DNA of 16,000 nucleotides from Verrucomicrobiota bacterium (lineage in GTDB: Bacteria > Verrucomicrobiota > Verrucomicrobiia > Opitutales > Opitutaceae). The position numbers and the translations under genes are program-made. The notes beneath the pieces are model-generated. The model did not search any database and was not told the origin of the DNA. It saw only the letters and a program-made list of their open reading frames with translations. The stretch spans positions 1,367 through 17,366 of the forward strand of contig QNAI01000066.1 of NCBI GenBank assembly GCA_003641745.1, read 5' to 3'. Within the stretch, counting starts at the first letter, position 1. Each line of letters starts with the position of its first letter. Positions 1 to 6,963 of the stretch are shown here, in pieces.

Positions 1-93
1 TGGGCGATAAGCCCGCAAGGTCAGGCCCCTGTGGGGAACGTCCCTGCAATACCGGATTGAGGTTTGTCCGGGATGTGAGAGTGTGGCTTTCCA

Positions 94-759
94 GTGACTT
101 CAGAACCGATACCGGAAATCCTTTACCAGGACGACGATCTCATCGTGGTCAATAAACCGCCCGGATTGACCAGCGAGTCACCTGATTCGAAGGCGGAGTC
201 GCTGCTCGGGAGGATGTCAGACCATTTTGGGCGACAGTTGATTCTCTATCATCGGCTCGATCGCATGACCTCGGGTTGTATCCTCTTCGGCAGGACCGCG
301 CGTTTCAATCGGGCGATTGCCGGACTTTTTTCGGAAAAAAAGATACGCAAGGAATACTGGGCCGTGGTCGAGGGGTCCTGGCCGAAGGGGCTCAATCGGG
401 TGGAGACACGGATTGCGCCACTGGATGGTGGACGTTGGGAGAATCGGGAGGATTCCGGCAAACCGGCCGTCACCACATTTCGGCGCCTGAGTTCAGCTGA
501 GGGGCGGACCTGGCTGCAGGTTCTGCCGAAGACCGGCCGAACCCATCAGATCCGTCTCCATTGTGTCCACGCCGGCTGCCCGGTGGTTGGCGATGCGCTC
601 TACGGACCGCCCGGAACGAAAGGTTCGCTTCTTCTGCACGCAAGAAAGCTGACCTTCAGGCATCCGGCCGACGCTCGGACCATCGAAGTGGAGGCTCCGT
701 TGCCGGACTATTGGGACGAGTGGATCAGGCTTCAAACAACGGTGCCGCGGCCTCGATAG
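94..759 (+). CDS. RluA-family pseudouridine synthase
   Basis: 221-codon ORF with a GTG start, the first start after in-frame stops at 58-60 and 76-78. Motifs HRLDRMTSG (catalytic Asp loop) and GRTHQIRLH, plus N-terminal DDDLIVVNKPPGL, are typical of the RluA/RsuA superfamily. Confidence 0.88.
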   Translation: MTSEPIPEILYQDDDLIVVNKPPGLTSESPDSKAESLLGRMSDHFGRQLILYHRLDRMTSGCILFGRTARFNRAIAGLFSEKKIRKEYWAVVEGSWPKGLNRVETRIAPLDGGRWENREDSGKPAVTTFRRLSSAEGRTWLQVLPKTGRTHQIRLHCVHAGCPVVGDALYGPPGTKGSLLLHARKLTFRHPADARTIEVEAPLPDYWDEWIRLQTTVPRPR

Positions 760-1264
760 CTTTTGCCAATCGTTCCTCACCCGTGCCCTGGATCAGGACA
801 AAGCCCACCCCCAATTCTTCGAGCGCCTCCTGCCAGAGCCGGCGGCACATGCGCTGCCCCGACTCGTCAGGAAACGATCGCATTGGATCGCTTTTCCACG
901 GCAGATCGTTGTCGCAGAACAGATACAGGGCCGCGCCCAGAGCCCGGGCATTGCCTTCTGCACGTACCCAATCCGGACAGTGTCCCGCAAAAAGGAGGTC
1001 GTTCCATATTCGACAGGTCAGCAGGTCGGTATCGCAGAAAACCAGCTTTCCTGCTTGAGCGATCGCTCTTTCCTCGCCCGACCGTTGCCCGGTTCCGATG
1101 GCTTCGAGAGAATCAGCTGTGATGACGCCGTCGTGTTCGAGCCAATACTGCCGGACATATTCGCGTGACCATGGCTCATTGTAGTGGGAGGCCAATGCCT
1201 CGGCCAGGACGGATTTCCCCGTTGATTCCGGCCCGTAGATGACGATGCGTTTGATCTCATTCAT
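725..1264 (-). CDS. P-loop ATPase related to the ribosylnicotinamide kinase (RNK) domain of NadR
   Basis: Track ORF is 725..1348. I place the start at the ATG at 1264 (MNEIKRIVIYGPESTGKS), which puts the Walker A motif GPESTGKS near the N-terminus and overlaps the pnuC stop as ATGAATGA. Single-domain size (179 aa) and pnuC context fit NadR-RNK-like kinases. Confidence 0.72.
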   Translation of the reverse strand: MNEIKRIVIYGPESTGKSVLAEALASHYNEPWSREYVRQYWLEHDGVITADSLEAIGTGQRSGEERAIAQAGKLVFCDTDLLTCRIWNDLLFAGHCPDWVRAEGNARALGAALYLFCDNDLPWKSDPMRSFPDESGQRMCRRLWQEALEELGVGFVLIQGTGEERLAKAIEAAAPLFEA

Positions 1265-1874
1265 CGTGTTTCTGTGCCCGCCATGCCTTGGTCCAGGCAC
1301 GCAGACCGCCGAGTGCCATGAACCAGAAAATGGCGTAAAGAACGGCAAACCAGTAGTATTCCTTCACCCAGAAAACGCCGATCGCGACGGAGTTGGCGAT
1401 CAGCCAGCCGATCCAGTTTGCCAGGACTTTGCGGGCCTGCAGCCACTGCGACGCAACGCTGAAGGCAAAGACAAAGGCATCCCAATAGGGCAGGGCTGCA
1501 TCGGTCAGTTGGTGCATGGCCGTGCCCCAGGCCGCCCAGAGGATCAGGGTCGCTGCGGCCCAACCGAGGGTGGCTCCAGTGGAGAGGCTCTGGATGGGCA
1601 GTTCCTTCCGTTCCCTGCCTTCGGGATGTGTCCAATGCCACCATCCGTAGGCCAAGGCGATGAAGAAGACGCTCTGCAGGACCGTTTCGGAGTAAAGCCG
1701 TCCCTGGAAGCATACATACCCGAAGATCGCCACCTGGACGAGCCCGACCGGAAAGGCCCATATTTTTCGCCGGATCATCAGGCCAACCCCGATGATTCCG
1801 AGCACGGTGCCGATCTGCTCAAGCACGGAAGCGCCGATCAACCCCTGCCAGATGGATTCAAGAATTGGATGCAA
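1257..1874 (-). CDS. pnuC: Nicotinamide riboside transporter PnuC
   Basis: 205-aa polytopic membrane protein with a TTG start in the track. W-rich motifs (AYGWWHW, SQWLQARK, NWIGWLIAN) and overall layout match PnuC. It overlaps the NadR-type kinase gene by 8 nt, implying an operon. Confidence 0.85.
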   Translation of the reverse strand: MHPILESIWQGLIGASVLEQIGTVLGIIGVGLMIRRKIWAFPVGLVQVAIFGYVCFQGRLYSETVLQSVFFIALAYGWWHWTHPEGRERKELPIQSLSTGATLGWAAATLILWAAWGTAMHQLTDAALPYWDAFVFAFSVASQWLQARKVLANWIGWLIANSVAIGVFWVKEYYWFAVLYAIFWFMALGGLRAWTKAWRAQKHDE

Positions 1875-1909
1875 AGGTGTGTTACCCCAAACCAGGTACT
1901 TGGAAACTC

Positions 1910-1937
1910 ACGGACTCCGCCCTGTTCCGGAGTCCGT
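1910..1937 (-). terminator. Candidate hairpin downstream of the glycoside-hydrolase-like gene
   Basis: Perfect 10-bp stem acggactccg (1910-1919) / cggagtccgt (1928-1937) with an 8-nt loop, 67 nt after the stop at 2004 on the minus strand. It is followed on the minus strand only by gagtttcc, a weak U tract. Confidence 0.3.
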
Positions 1938-2003
1938 TCCCTGTGCTCTCAGTGGTCTTAATCTGATTCATATCGAGCAGGTTCACTCACGAGTGCGCTC
2001 AAG

Positions 2004-3503
2004 TCAGCTCTCAGTCGTGAATCTGAAGGCATAGAGATCGGCATCCCTGAGGACAAATCGCAGTCGGAGCGGGCGGCCCGTCAGGGTGGAGACGTCCGAA
2101 CCGGTCTTCCAGACGACCGGTCGGTCGACCGAGTCGCCGAACGTGGGGTCGCAGTCGCCAAGGGCAAATCCCTCGATCGGACTGCCTGCTTCGTCCTGGA
2201 TTTCGACCCGCACGTCACCTGCGACGGAAGTCGCGAAATTCAGTCGGAGTTCGTTCCCCTCAAAGACAAGTGGCCGGGTCAGGCATTCCCCACCAGACGC
2301 AGGTGCGTTGAGTGACACGAAACCATCGAGGCGAAGCGTGTAGCGGCGCAGGGCACTTCCGGTCTCCATCCAGTAGTCCTCAACCGCATACAAAGAGAGT
2401 TCGTTGGGAGCATCGGTCCCCAGGCTTGAAGCCGTCTCGACCAGGAGCCAGGCCAGGTATTGGTGGCCATAGTTCCAGGTCCCGGAGCGTTCGGGACCTG
2501 GACGGAGGAATCCTTCCGGCCACTTGGTGAACGATACTCCATCGCGACTGGACATCAGAAGCGATTCGGACAGTGCCGTGCCGTAACGCTCCTGGGCCGA
2601 GGACCTGAATTCACGGAATTCCCGATCCGGAAGGGCCCGCATGGAACTCCCCCACGGACGTTCGAGGTAGCGCGCGGGAAACCCGATCAGGATATGGGGT
2701 GCCCGGTGATAGGGCTTGATCTGGTTGACATAGAGTTCCTCGGCCGGCGGGTTGCCGAGGTAGGTCAGGTCGGCCTGGTTGGACCAGTGAATCATGTCGG
2801 GAGAGGTGGCGGTGCGGATCGACCGGGGACCCTTTGGATCCCAAACGCCCTGCTCCACCTTCCCTTCGGGGAAGCATCGCCAATACGCGCGGTACTCGCC
2901 GCGTTCGCCGTCCCAGAACGCGAGATTCTGTGAGTCGAAGGCGCCGTCGGTAATAACCGGCGTGTCGGCCATCTCTGACCACTTGAATCCATCATTCGAT
3001 TCGATGGCAATCACTCCGTGCGCGCCCCGCGATCGGAGGAAACCCTTGTAGGGTATTTCCGCGGACGGATTCTCGTCCCGGAAAATCGCGGGATGGCCAG
3101 GGTCTCCTTCCGCTCGGGTCAGGCTGTTCCGATCCAGGACAATATTGTTCGCCTCGTTTCCATCGTAGGCGACCTGTCCAAGATCGGGCTTCACCCAGTG
3201 GATGCCGTCCTTGCTCTCGGCATAACAGGTAAATATGTCCGGGGTCTTTTCGGTGGCGATTTTTCCGGGTTTGAGGCGGATCTTCCACGCTTTATAGTAG
3301 AGTTTGTAGAGATCTCCGTCCCGGAACAGGCTGTGGTAGCCGCAGCCATTGCCTTCCCAGGGGGCGTCATGTCGCAGCACAATATCCCGGGGCTGGGGAT
3401 GATGCATGCGTCGGCTGGCGTGGCCGTCAATCCGGTCGATCAGGAAATCATCGATGAAGAGTTCACGTCGTGAGCCAATGTCAGTCGGTTCGGAATTCTG
3501 CAT
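2004..3503 (-). CDS. Putative beta-propeller glycoside hydrolase-like protein with C-terminal beta-sandwich (family not resolved)
   Basis: Uninterrupted 499-aa ORF. The N-terminal RELFIDDFLID motif and repeated W/G/D-rich blade-like segments (DGDLYKLYY, DGIHWVKP, DGFKWSE, MIHWSNQ) resemble GH32/43/130-like propeller proteins common in PVC bacteria. No canonical catalytic motif recognised and no obvious signal peptide. Confidence 0.5.
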   Translation of the reverse strand: MQNSEPTDIGSRRELFIDDFLIDRIDGHASRRMHHPQPRDIVLRHDAPWEGNGCGYHSLFRDGDLYKLYYKAWKIRLKPGKIATEKTPDIFTCYAESKDGIHWVKPDLGQVAYDGNEANNIVLDRNSLTRAEGDPGHPAIFRDENPSAEIPYKGFLRSRGAHGVIAIESNDGFKWSEMADTPVITDGAFDSQNLAFWDGERGEYRAYWRCFPEGKVEQGVWDPKGPRSIRTATSPDMIHWSNQADLTYLGNPPAEELYVNQIKPYHRAPHILIGFPARYLERPWGSSMRALPDREFREFRSSAQERYGTALSESLLMSSRDGVSFTKWPEGFLRPGPERSGTWNYGHQYLAWLLVETASSLGTDAPNELSLYAVEDYWMETGSALRRYTLRLDGFVSLNAPASGGECLTRPLVFEGNELRLNFATSVAGDVRVEIQDEAGSPIEGFALGDCDPTFGDSVDRPVVWKTGSDVSTLTGRPLRLRFVLRDADLYAFRFTTES

Positions 3504-3620
3504 AATTCGAGGGGTTGGAGGTTCGTGCGTGGTGACCCTTGTCTTCGGTCAGGAAATGCGCGAATGACCACATTTCGATTTCGTTCGAATAGACGGGAAT
3601 GCATCCACCCGGCAAAAGGC

Positions 3621-3758
3621 AGGATGCTGGGAATTTTAGACAGGATTAACAGGATTGACTGGATTTGCTTCTGCAGGGCTTGAAAAGACAGAGACGGTGA
3701 TAAGCCGCTCGTTTCTGATGATTCATAGCCATCTGCTGTTCCCAGCCAGGATCCTGTC
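3621..3758. repeat. Family-1 intergenic structured repeat, copy A (3' arm truncated)
   Basis: The 27-nt block 3638-3664 is 26/27 identical to 12381-12407, and ggatcctgt at 3749-3757 is identical to 12486-12494. Helix P1 pairs 3626-3633 gctgggaa with 3739-3746 ttcccagc. Helix P2 pairs 3689-3695 cagagac with 3711-3717 gtttctg. Arm pairing joins 3639-3646 gacaggat with 3751-3758 atcctgtc. Confidence 0.8.
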
Positions 3759-3793
3759 CATAAGAGACCTGAGGCATGGGGGCTCGGTTGAGT

Positions 3794-4498
3794 TCAGTCT
3801 GGATTCAGAAACAGACCTGCGCCTGCCTCATTGAGGTCTTCCAGCAGGTCCGAGGTTCCGTCGATCAGGACCCGCAGGTCACCACCACTCGGGATCGAGA
3901 AAGAGACCTGGTGGGGCAGCAATCTCATTTCGATCGATGTCCCGGGCGCCTTCAGGGTCAGCCATGATGCGTCCGCGGCATAGTCGAGAAGGGGTGCCAG
4001 TTTATCGGAATCTTCGATCCGGTCGATCGTTCCTTCGAGGTCGATGGTTTGAGTGAATTCGATCAACACCGAATCGCAATAGTGGCGGAATATCTCGATG
4101 AAGCACGCACGGGTTACGACCTCCCTCGAGGTTATGGCGGCCACTTCGGTTCCGATTCGATAGGACCTTGCGTCATCCGGATCCTGATCGATCCAGAGCG
4201 TCACCGTGAAGTCGGGTGTCTTGATGATGCCGGTTCCTTCTTCGCAGGAAAAAGAAAGTCCCTTCCGTTTGAGGTGAAACGCCGTCCGGATGTCCCGGTG
4301 GAGTTGCTCTGCGCGGTCTTCCAGATCGGGGCTTCCTGCTTTTCTGGTGAACGCCTCCGTCGCCTGGGAATGCCGATCGGGTTCGCGGTGCACGCCTTTG
4401 AGAAAGCCACGCAGTCGCCGTATGCGACCCACGTCCCAACCACGCAGGCGCGCCTGATGGAACGGACTTGAAGATTCGTCAGCTTTCTTCTCAGGCAT
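3794..4498 (-). CDS. Hypothetical protein (no recognisable family)
   Basis: 234-aa ORF in the same orientation as its neighbours. Arg-rich N-terminal third and acidic C-terminal two thirds; no signal peptide or TM segment seen and no motif I can name. Coding status is inferred from length and lack of a competing supported ORF. Confidence 0.6.
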   Translation of the reverse strand: MPEKKADESSSPFHQARLRGWDVGRIRRLRGFLKGVHREPDRHSQATEAFTRKAGSPDLEDRAEQLHRDIRTAFHLKRKGLSFSCEEGTGIIKTPDFTVTLWIDQDPDDARSYRIGTEVAAITSREVVTRACFIEIFRHYCDSVLIEFTQTIDLEGTIDRIEDSDKLAPLLDYAADASWLTLKAPGTSIEMRLLPHQVSFSIPSGGDLRVLIDGTSDLLEDLNEAGAGLFLNPD

Positions 4499-4585
4499 CG
4501 ATCAACCGAGAGTGGTGCGCACGTTCACCTGAATGCAAACCCGTAGTTGTTGATCTGAACCGGTTGCTCCCGGTTCGGCCCATAC

Positions 4586-5995
4586 TCACCTTTCTGCCCC
4601 GACCAGTTCCAGGTAATCACACAGGATCTCGATGTGATGATTGAACAGGGCGGAACTGAGACGATCGCTGACTTCGTATTGACCATCCCATCGCTTGCCG
4701 GGTTCGTACACCTTGTATCTGTCGCCCTTGACAATCCACCGGCCGTGTTTGTCCAGCGAATCAATGACCGCCACGACTTCCGGTCGGATGGCGTTCAGTT
4801 TCTCGGCGATCTCCTCAGAGGTCATTTCAGCGATCGGACGATAGATATAGGGGTCAACACCGGTCTCCCGGATATGATCAAAACGCTTTTCCCCATTCCT
4901 GATCCTTTCACTGAGGTCGGATTCATAGCCATATCCCGTGCGGCGTTCCAAGCTGAGTTCGTCGGTTGAGTCCACCCGGAAACGCCCACGATCATAGTAG
5001 AGCGCCCGGCCGGTTCCTATTTCGATGAATCGTGCCCAGAGTCCGTTGGGTAACCGGCTCTCTTCCAGCCAATCGAGGGCATCGGGTATTGGTTCGAGGT
5101 AATCCTCGTTCCCGAATTGGGCGAAGAGATCCATCAATACCTGAACGTTCTGGATCGTGACCAACGGGCATACCGCAGGAGGTTCGAACGTACGGGCCCA
5201 AGCCGGTTGAAGAAAGTCATTGTATTGTTGCGCCCATCCGGGCTGAGGCGGTGGAAGCTGGGACAGGATGATAAACCACCCCGTTTTTCGGACCGATTCC
5301 AGGAATTCATCGCGGTCGTAGTGCCGGTGAGCTGCGAGCATAACCGACAGGCAATCCGCGATACCATGGTCATTGTAGGTGGCGAAGTCGTGGTAGTTTC
5401 GTTGTCTGGGATATTTGTGTGGCCAGCCGCCATGCTCCATCTGTGCATCGAGCATCATGCTGAGAGATCGCTCGACGGCCTTGTGGAGAACCGGATCATC
5501 GACCACCTGATCAAGGGTCATCAGGAAGCGAATGGCGCTCTGGGTCTGGTCATCATCAAAACTTACCTCGTCACCTCTTGGTTGATCGAAGTGGATCTTA
5601 TGATCCCATCCACCCAGATCGTTCTGACCGCGGATCAGGGCGGATGCCGCGTCGTTCGCCGCTTCAAGGAATAATGGGTCGGGGAGCACTTCGTACGCGT
5701 GCAGGAAACTCATTCCGACGCTCGGAGTGCCGGGAGGCTGCACCTCAATTGTCCGATCATCCATCGGCGGGCCTTCTCCCCACCTCGTCTGAAGATCGAG
5801 CGAATAGTAGTAACCGTAGCCACCTTCGATGGCGATCGAGTGAAAGAAATCGATGCCGCGTTCGAGTGCATCCTCCGCCCGTATGGCGAGTTCATGATCT
5901 GACACCGGATTTGCGGGTGCCCCGTAGGCAGAAATGGTCAGAACAACTGCCAGGGACAGCGCGAATCCGCAGGTGATTGGAGTATTTCTTAACAT
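4586..5995 (-). CDS. PL10-like pectate lyase (PelA/Pec_lyase family), secreted
   Basis: Track ORF is 4586..6085. I place the start at the ATG at 5995 (MLRNTPITCGFALSLAVVLTISAYGAPA), which gives a signal peptide. Repeated GGW/GGY motifs (GGYGYYYS, LGGWDHK, HGGWPHKYP) and NGLWARFIEIGTGRALYYDRG resemble the alpha/alpha-toroid PL10 family (WARFYE..RPIF..RDG). Confidence 0.7.
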   Translation of the reverse strand: MLRNTPITCGFALSLAVVLTISAYGAPANPVSDHELAIRAEDALERGIDFFHSIAIEGGYGYYYSLDLQTRWGEGPPMDDRTIEVQPPGTPSVGMSFLHAYEVLPDPLFLEAANDAASALIRGQNDLGGWDHKIHFDQPRGDEVSFDDDQTQSAIRFLMTLDQVVDDPVLHKAVERSLSMMLDAQMEHGGWPHKYPRQRNYHDFATYNDHGIADCLSVMLAAHRHYDRDEFLESVRKTGWFIILSQLPPPQPGWAQQYNDFLQPAWARTFEPPAVCPLVTIQNVQVLMDLFAQFGNEDYLEPIPDALDWLEESRLPNGLWARFIEIGTGRALYYDRGRFRVDSTDELSLERRTGYGYESDLSERIRNGEKRFDHIRETGVDPYIYRPIAEMTSEEIAEKLNAIRPEVVAVIDSLDKHGRWIVKGDRYKVYEPGKRWDGQYEVSDRLSSALFNHHIEILCDYLELVGAER

Positions 5996-6124
5996 AGGTT
6001 GGGAGATGAGTTTTACCACAGAGAGCACCGGGGGAACAAGGAGTTGATTGGGGCATAGGGACCAATGATCGTCCGACTCATGCATTCGCTGCCGATCTCA
6101 GATTCCCTTCGTGACCTTATGTTA

Positions 6125-6168
6125 CCTTCCGTGTGAAAGATTCTTCGGTATGGATTGAACACGGAAGG
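6125..6168. other. Perfect 10-bp hairpin in the PL10 upstream region
   Basis: ccttccgtgt (6125-6134) pairs with acacggaagg (6159-6168) around a 24-nt loop, followed by a G8 run at 6177-6184. Function unknown. Confidence 0.5.
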
Positions 6169-6208
6169 AGCGATGCGGGGGGGGAGGGACTCGGCTCTAG
6201 ATTCTGAA

Positions 6209-6389
6209 TGAACCACAGAGGACACAGAGGACACAGAGAATAAAAAGGAAGAGGCTCGGAATGAAAATTATGTTTGGAGAATTTTATATACTGAGTCTCG
6301 TCAGATGGAATAGCTGGTAAGTGAGGTTCCTGCGCGAGCGAATGGCCTGTTTCCTGAACCTCTGTGCTCTCTGTGTCCTCTGTGGTTCA
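6209..6389. repeat. Family-2 long inverted repeat built of tandem 9-mers, enclosing an AT-rich 119-nt insert
   Basis: 6209-6229 tgaaccacagaggacacagag is perfectly complementary to 6369-6389 (21 bp). After 2 mismatches, 6232-6238 pairs with 6360-6366. The arms are tandem 9-mers (ccacagagg acacagagg acacagaga). My hand count for 6241-6300 in the interior is 20/60 G+C. Confidence 0.85.
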
Positions 6390-6396
6390 AAAAACT

Positions 6397-6930
6397 TCAG
6401 TCAATAATAAGCCCCATGCAGAGGGTGTCGTGGTATTTCCCATCCACGCGAATTGCGTTCTGAATGCGGCCCTCTCGTTCGAATCCTTTGCGCTCATAAA
6501 GGGCGATCGCCCGTTCGTTGTCGGCTCGGGCCTGGAGGTTGATTTTGGTCACCACGCCGCCGCTGCGAGCCCAGGCAAAAAGTGAATCGAGCAGGAGTGA
6601 ACCGATCTGCATTCTCCAGTAATGTTTTCGCACGGATATCCCGAACTCGCCGGCGTGACATCTGCGCGGTCGATGACCGCTATTGAACCCGAGGGTACCG
6701 ACGATCTCGTCGCCGACCCATGCGATCAGGAAAAGACTGTTGGCGGACTGACGCTTTTCATCCAGGAAATCAGCCTCTTCCTCTTCGGTCATGCCAAGCT
6801 CGCCACGCCCGAAATCGAGGAAGTCGGTTTCCCCGGCAACTTCGTTGATGTATTCCAGTACAGCTTTGGCGTCGGCGGCCTCCGCCTCGCGGACGGTCAC
6901 CTCGGGTTCGGATCCACGGCTCGTTTTCAT
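6397..6930 (-). CDS. GNAT-family N-acetyltransferase
   Basis: 177-aa ORF. The acetyl-CoA binding region RRCHAGEFGISVRKHYWRMQIGSLLLDSLFAWARSGG and the ERAIALYERKGFE motif are typical of GNAT. It starts 33 nt downstream of the sulfatase gene on the same strand. Confidence 0.85.
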   Translation of the reverse strand: MKTSRGSEPEVTVREAEAADAKAVLEYINEVAGETDFLDFGRGELGMTEEEEADFLDEKRQSANSLFLIAWVGDEIVGTLGFNSGHRPRRCHAGEFGISVRKHYWRMQIGSLLLDSLFAWARSGGVVTKINLQARADNERAIALYERKGFEREGRIQNAIRVDGKYHDTLCMGLIID

Positions 6931-6963
6931 GGCGAAATCAACCGTGCGCGGAGAACTGCGCTC

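Noticed and set aside
1-60. Possible 3' end of an upstream plus-strand gene (frame 1 open until TGA at 58-60)
   Set aside because: Only 19 codons are visible with no recognisable motif, which is insufficient to call.
326-341. T6-CGG-A7 inverted homopolymers inside the rluA-family CDS (possible slippery or hairpin site)
   Set aside because: The reading frame continues normally through conserved protein sequence (GLFSEKKIRKEYW). There is no evidence of frameshifting.
1875-2003. Possible NAD-type riboswitch in the 129-nt region upstream of pnuC
   Set aside because: I could not recognise the conserved cores of the nadA (NAD-I) or pnuC-motif (NAD-II) riboswitches. The only clear structure is the 10-bp hairpin, better explained as the terminator of the upstream gene.
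3682-3721. Hammerhead-like core (GAAA ... CUGAUGA) in family-1 copy A
   Set aside because: The CUGAUGA box (3715-3721) is CUGAUCA in copy B, which breaks an invariant position, and I could not build the three required stems.
3638-3735. Short minus-strand peptides inside family-1 copies (A: MNHQKRAAYHRLCLFKPCRSKSSQSC; B at 12381-12470: MMIREKRPIAFSVLSEPSETYPANPVNPV)
   Set aside because: The ATGs are homologous, but indels shift the frame between copies (26 vs 29 codons with unrelated sequence after the first residues), and there is no SD. Conservation is at the nucleotide and structure level, not the protein level.
6013-6234. 73-aa minus ORF and 6364..6585 plus ORF beginning MSSVSSVV / MLSVSSVV
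   Set aside because: The N-termini are translations of the tandem 9-mer repeat arms (ctctgtgtcctctgtgg). The ORFs cross intergenic repeats and, for 6364..6585, run antisense into the GNAT gene.
6211-6240. CRISPR-like or tandem-repeat array (9-mer repeats)
   Set aside because: There are only three directly adjacent 9-nt units with no spacers, and they are mirrored as an inverted arm. This is not CRISPR architecture.
6209-6389. Family-1 and family-2 hairpins as ordinary rho-independent terminators
   Set aside because: The homopolymer runs have the wrong polarity: A run after the helix on the plus strand, which is a T run before the helix on the minus strand. The helices are also far longer than typical terminators. 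A terminator role cannot be excluded without 3'-end mapping.
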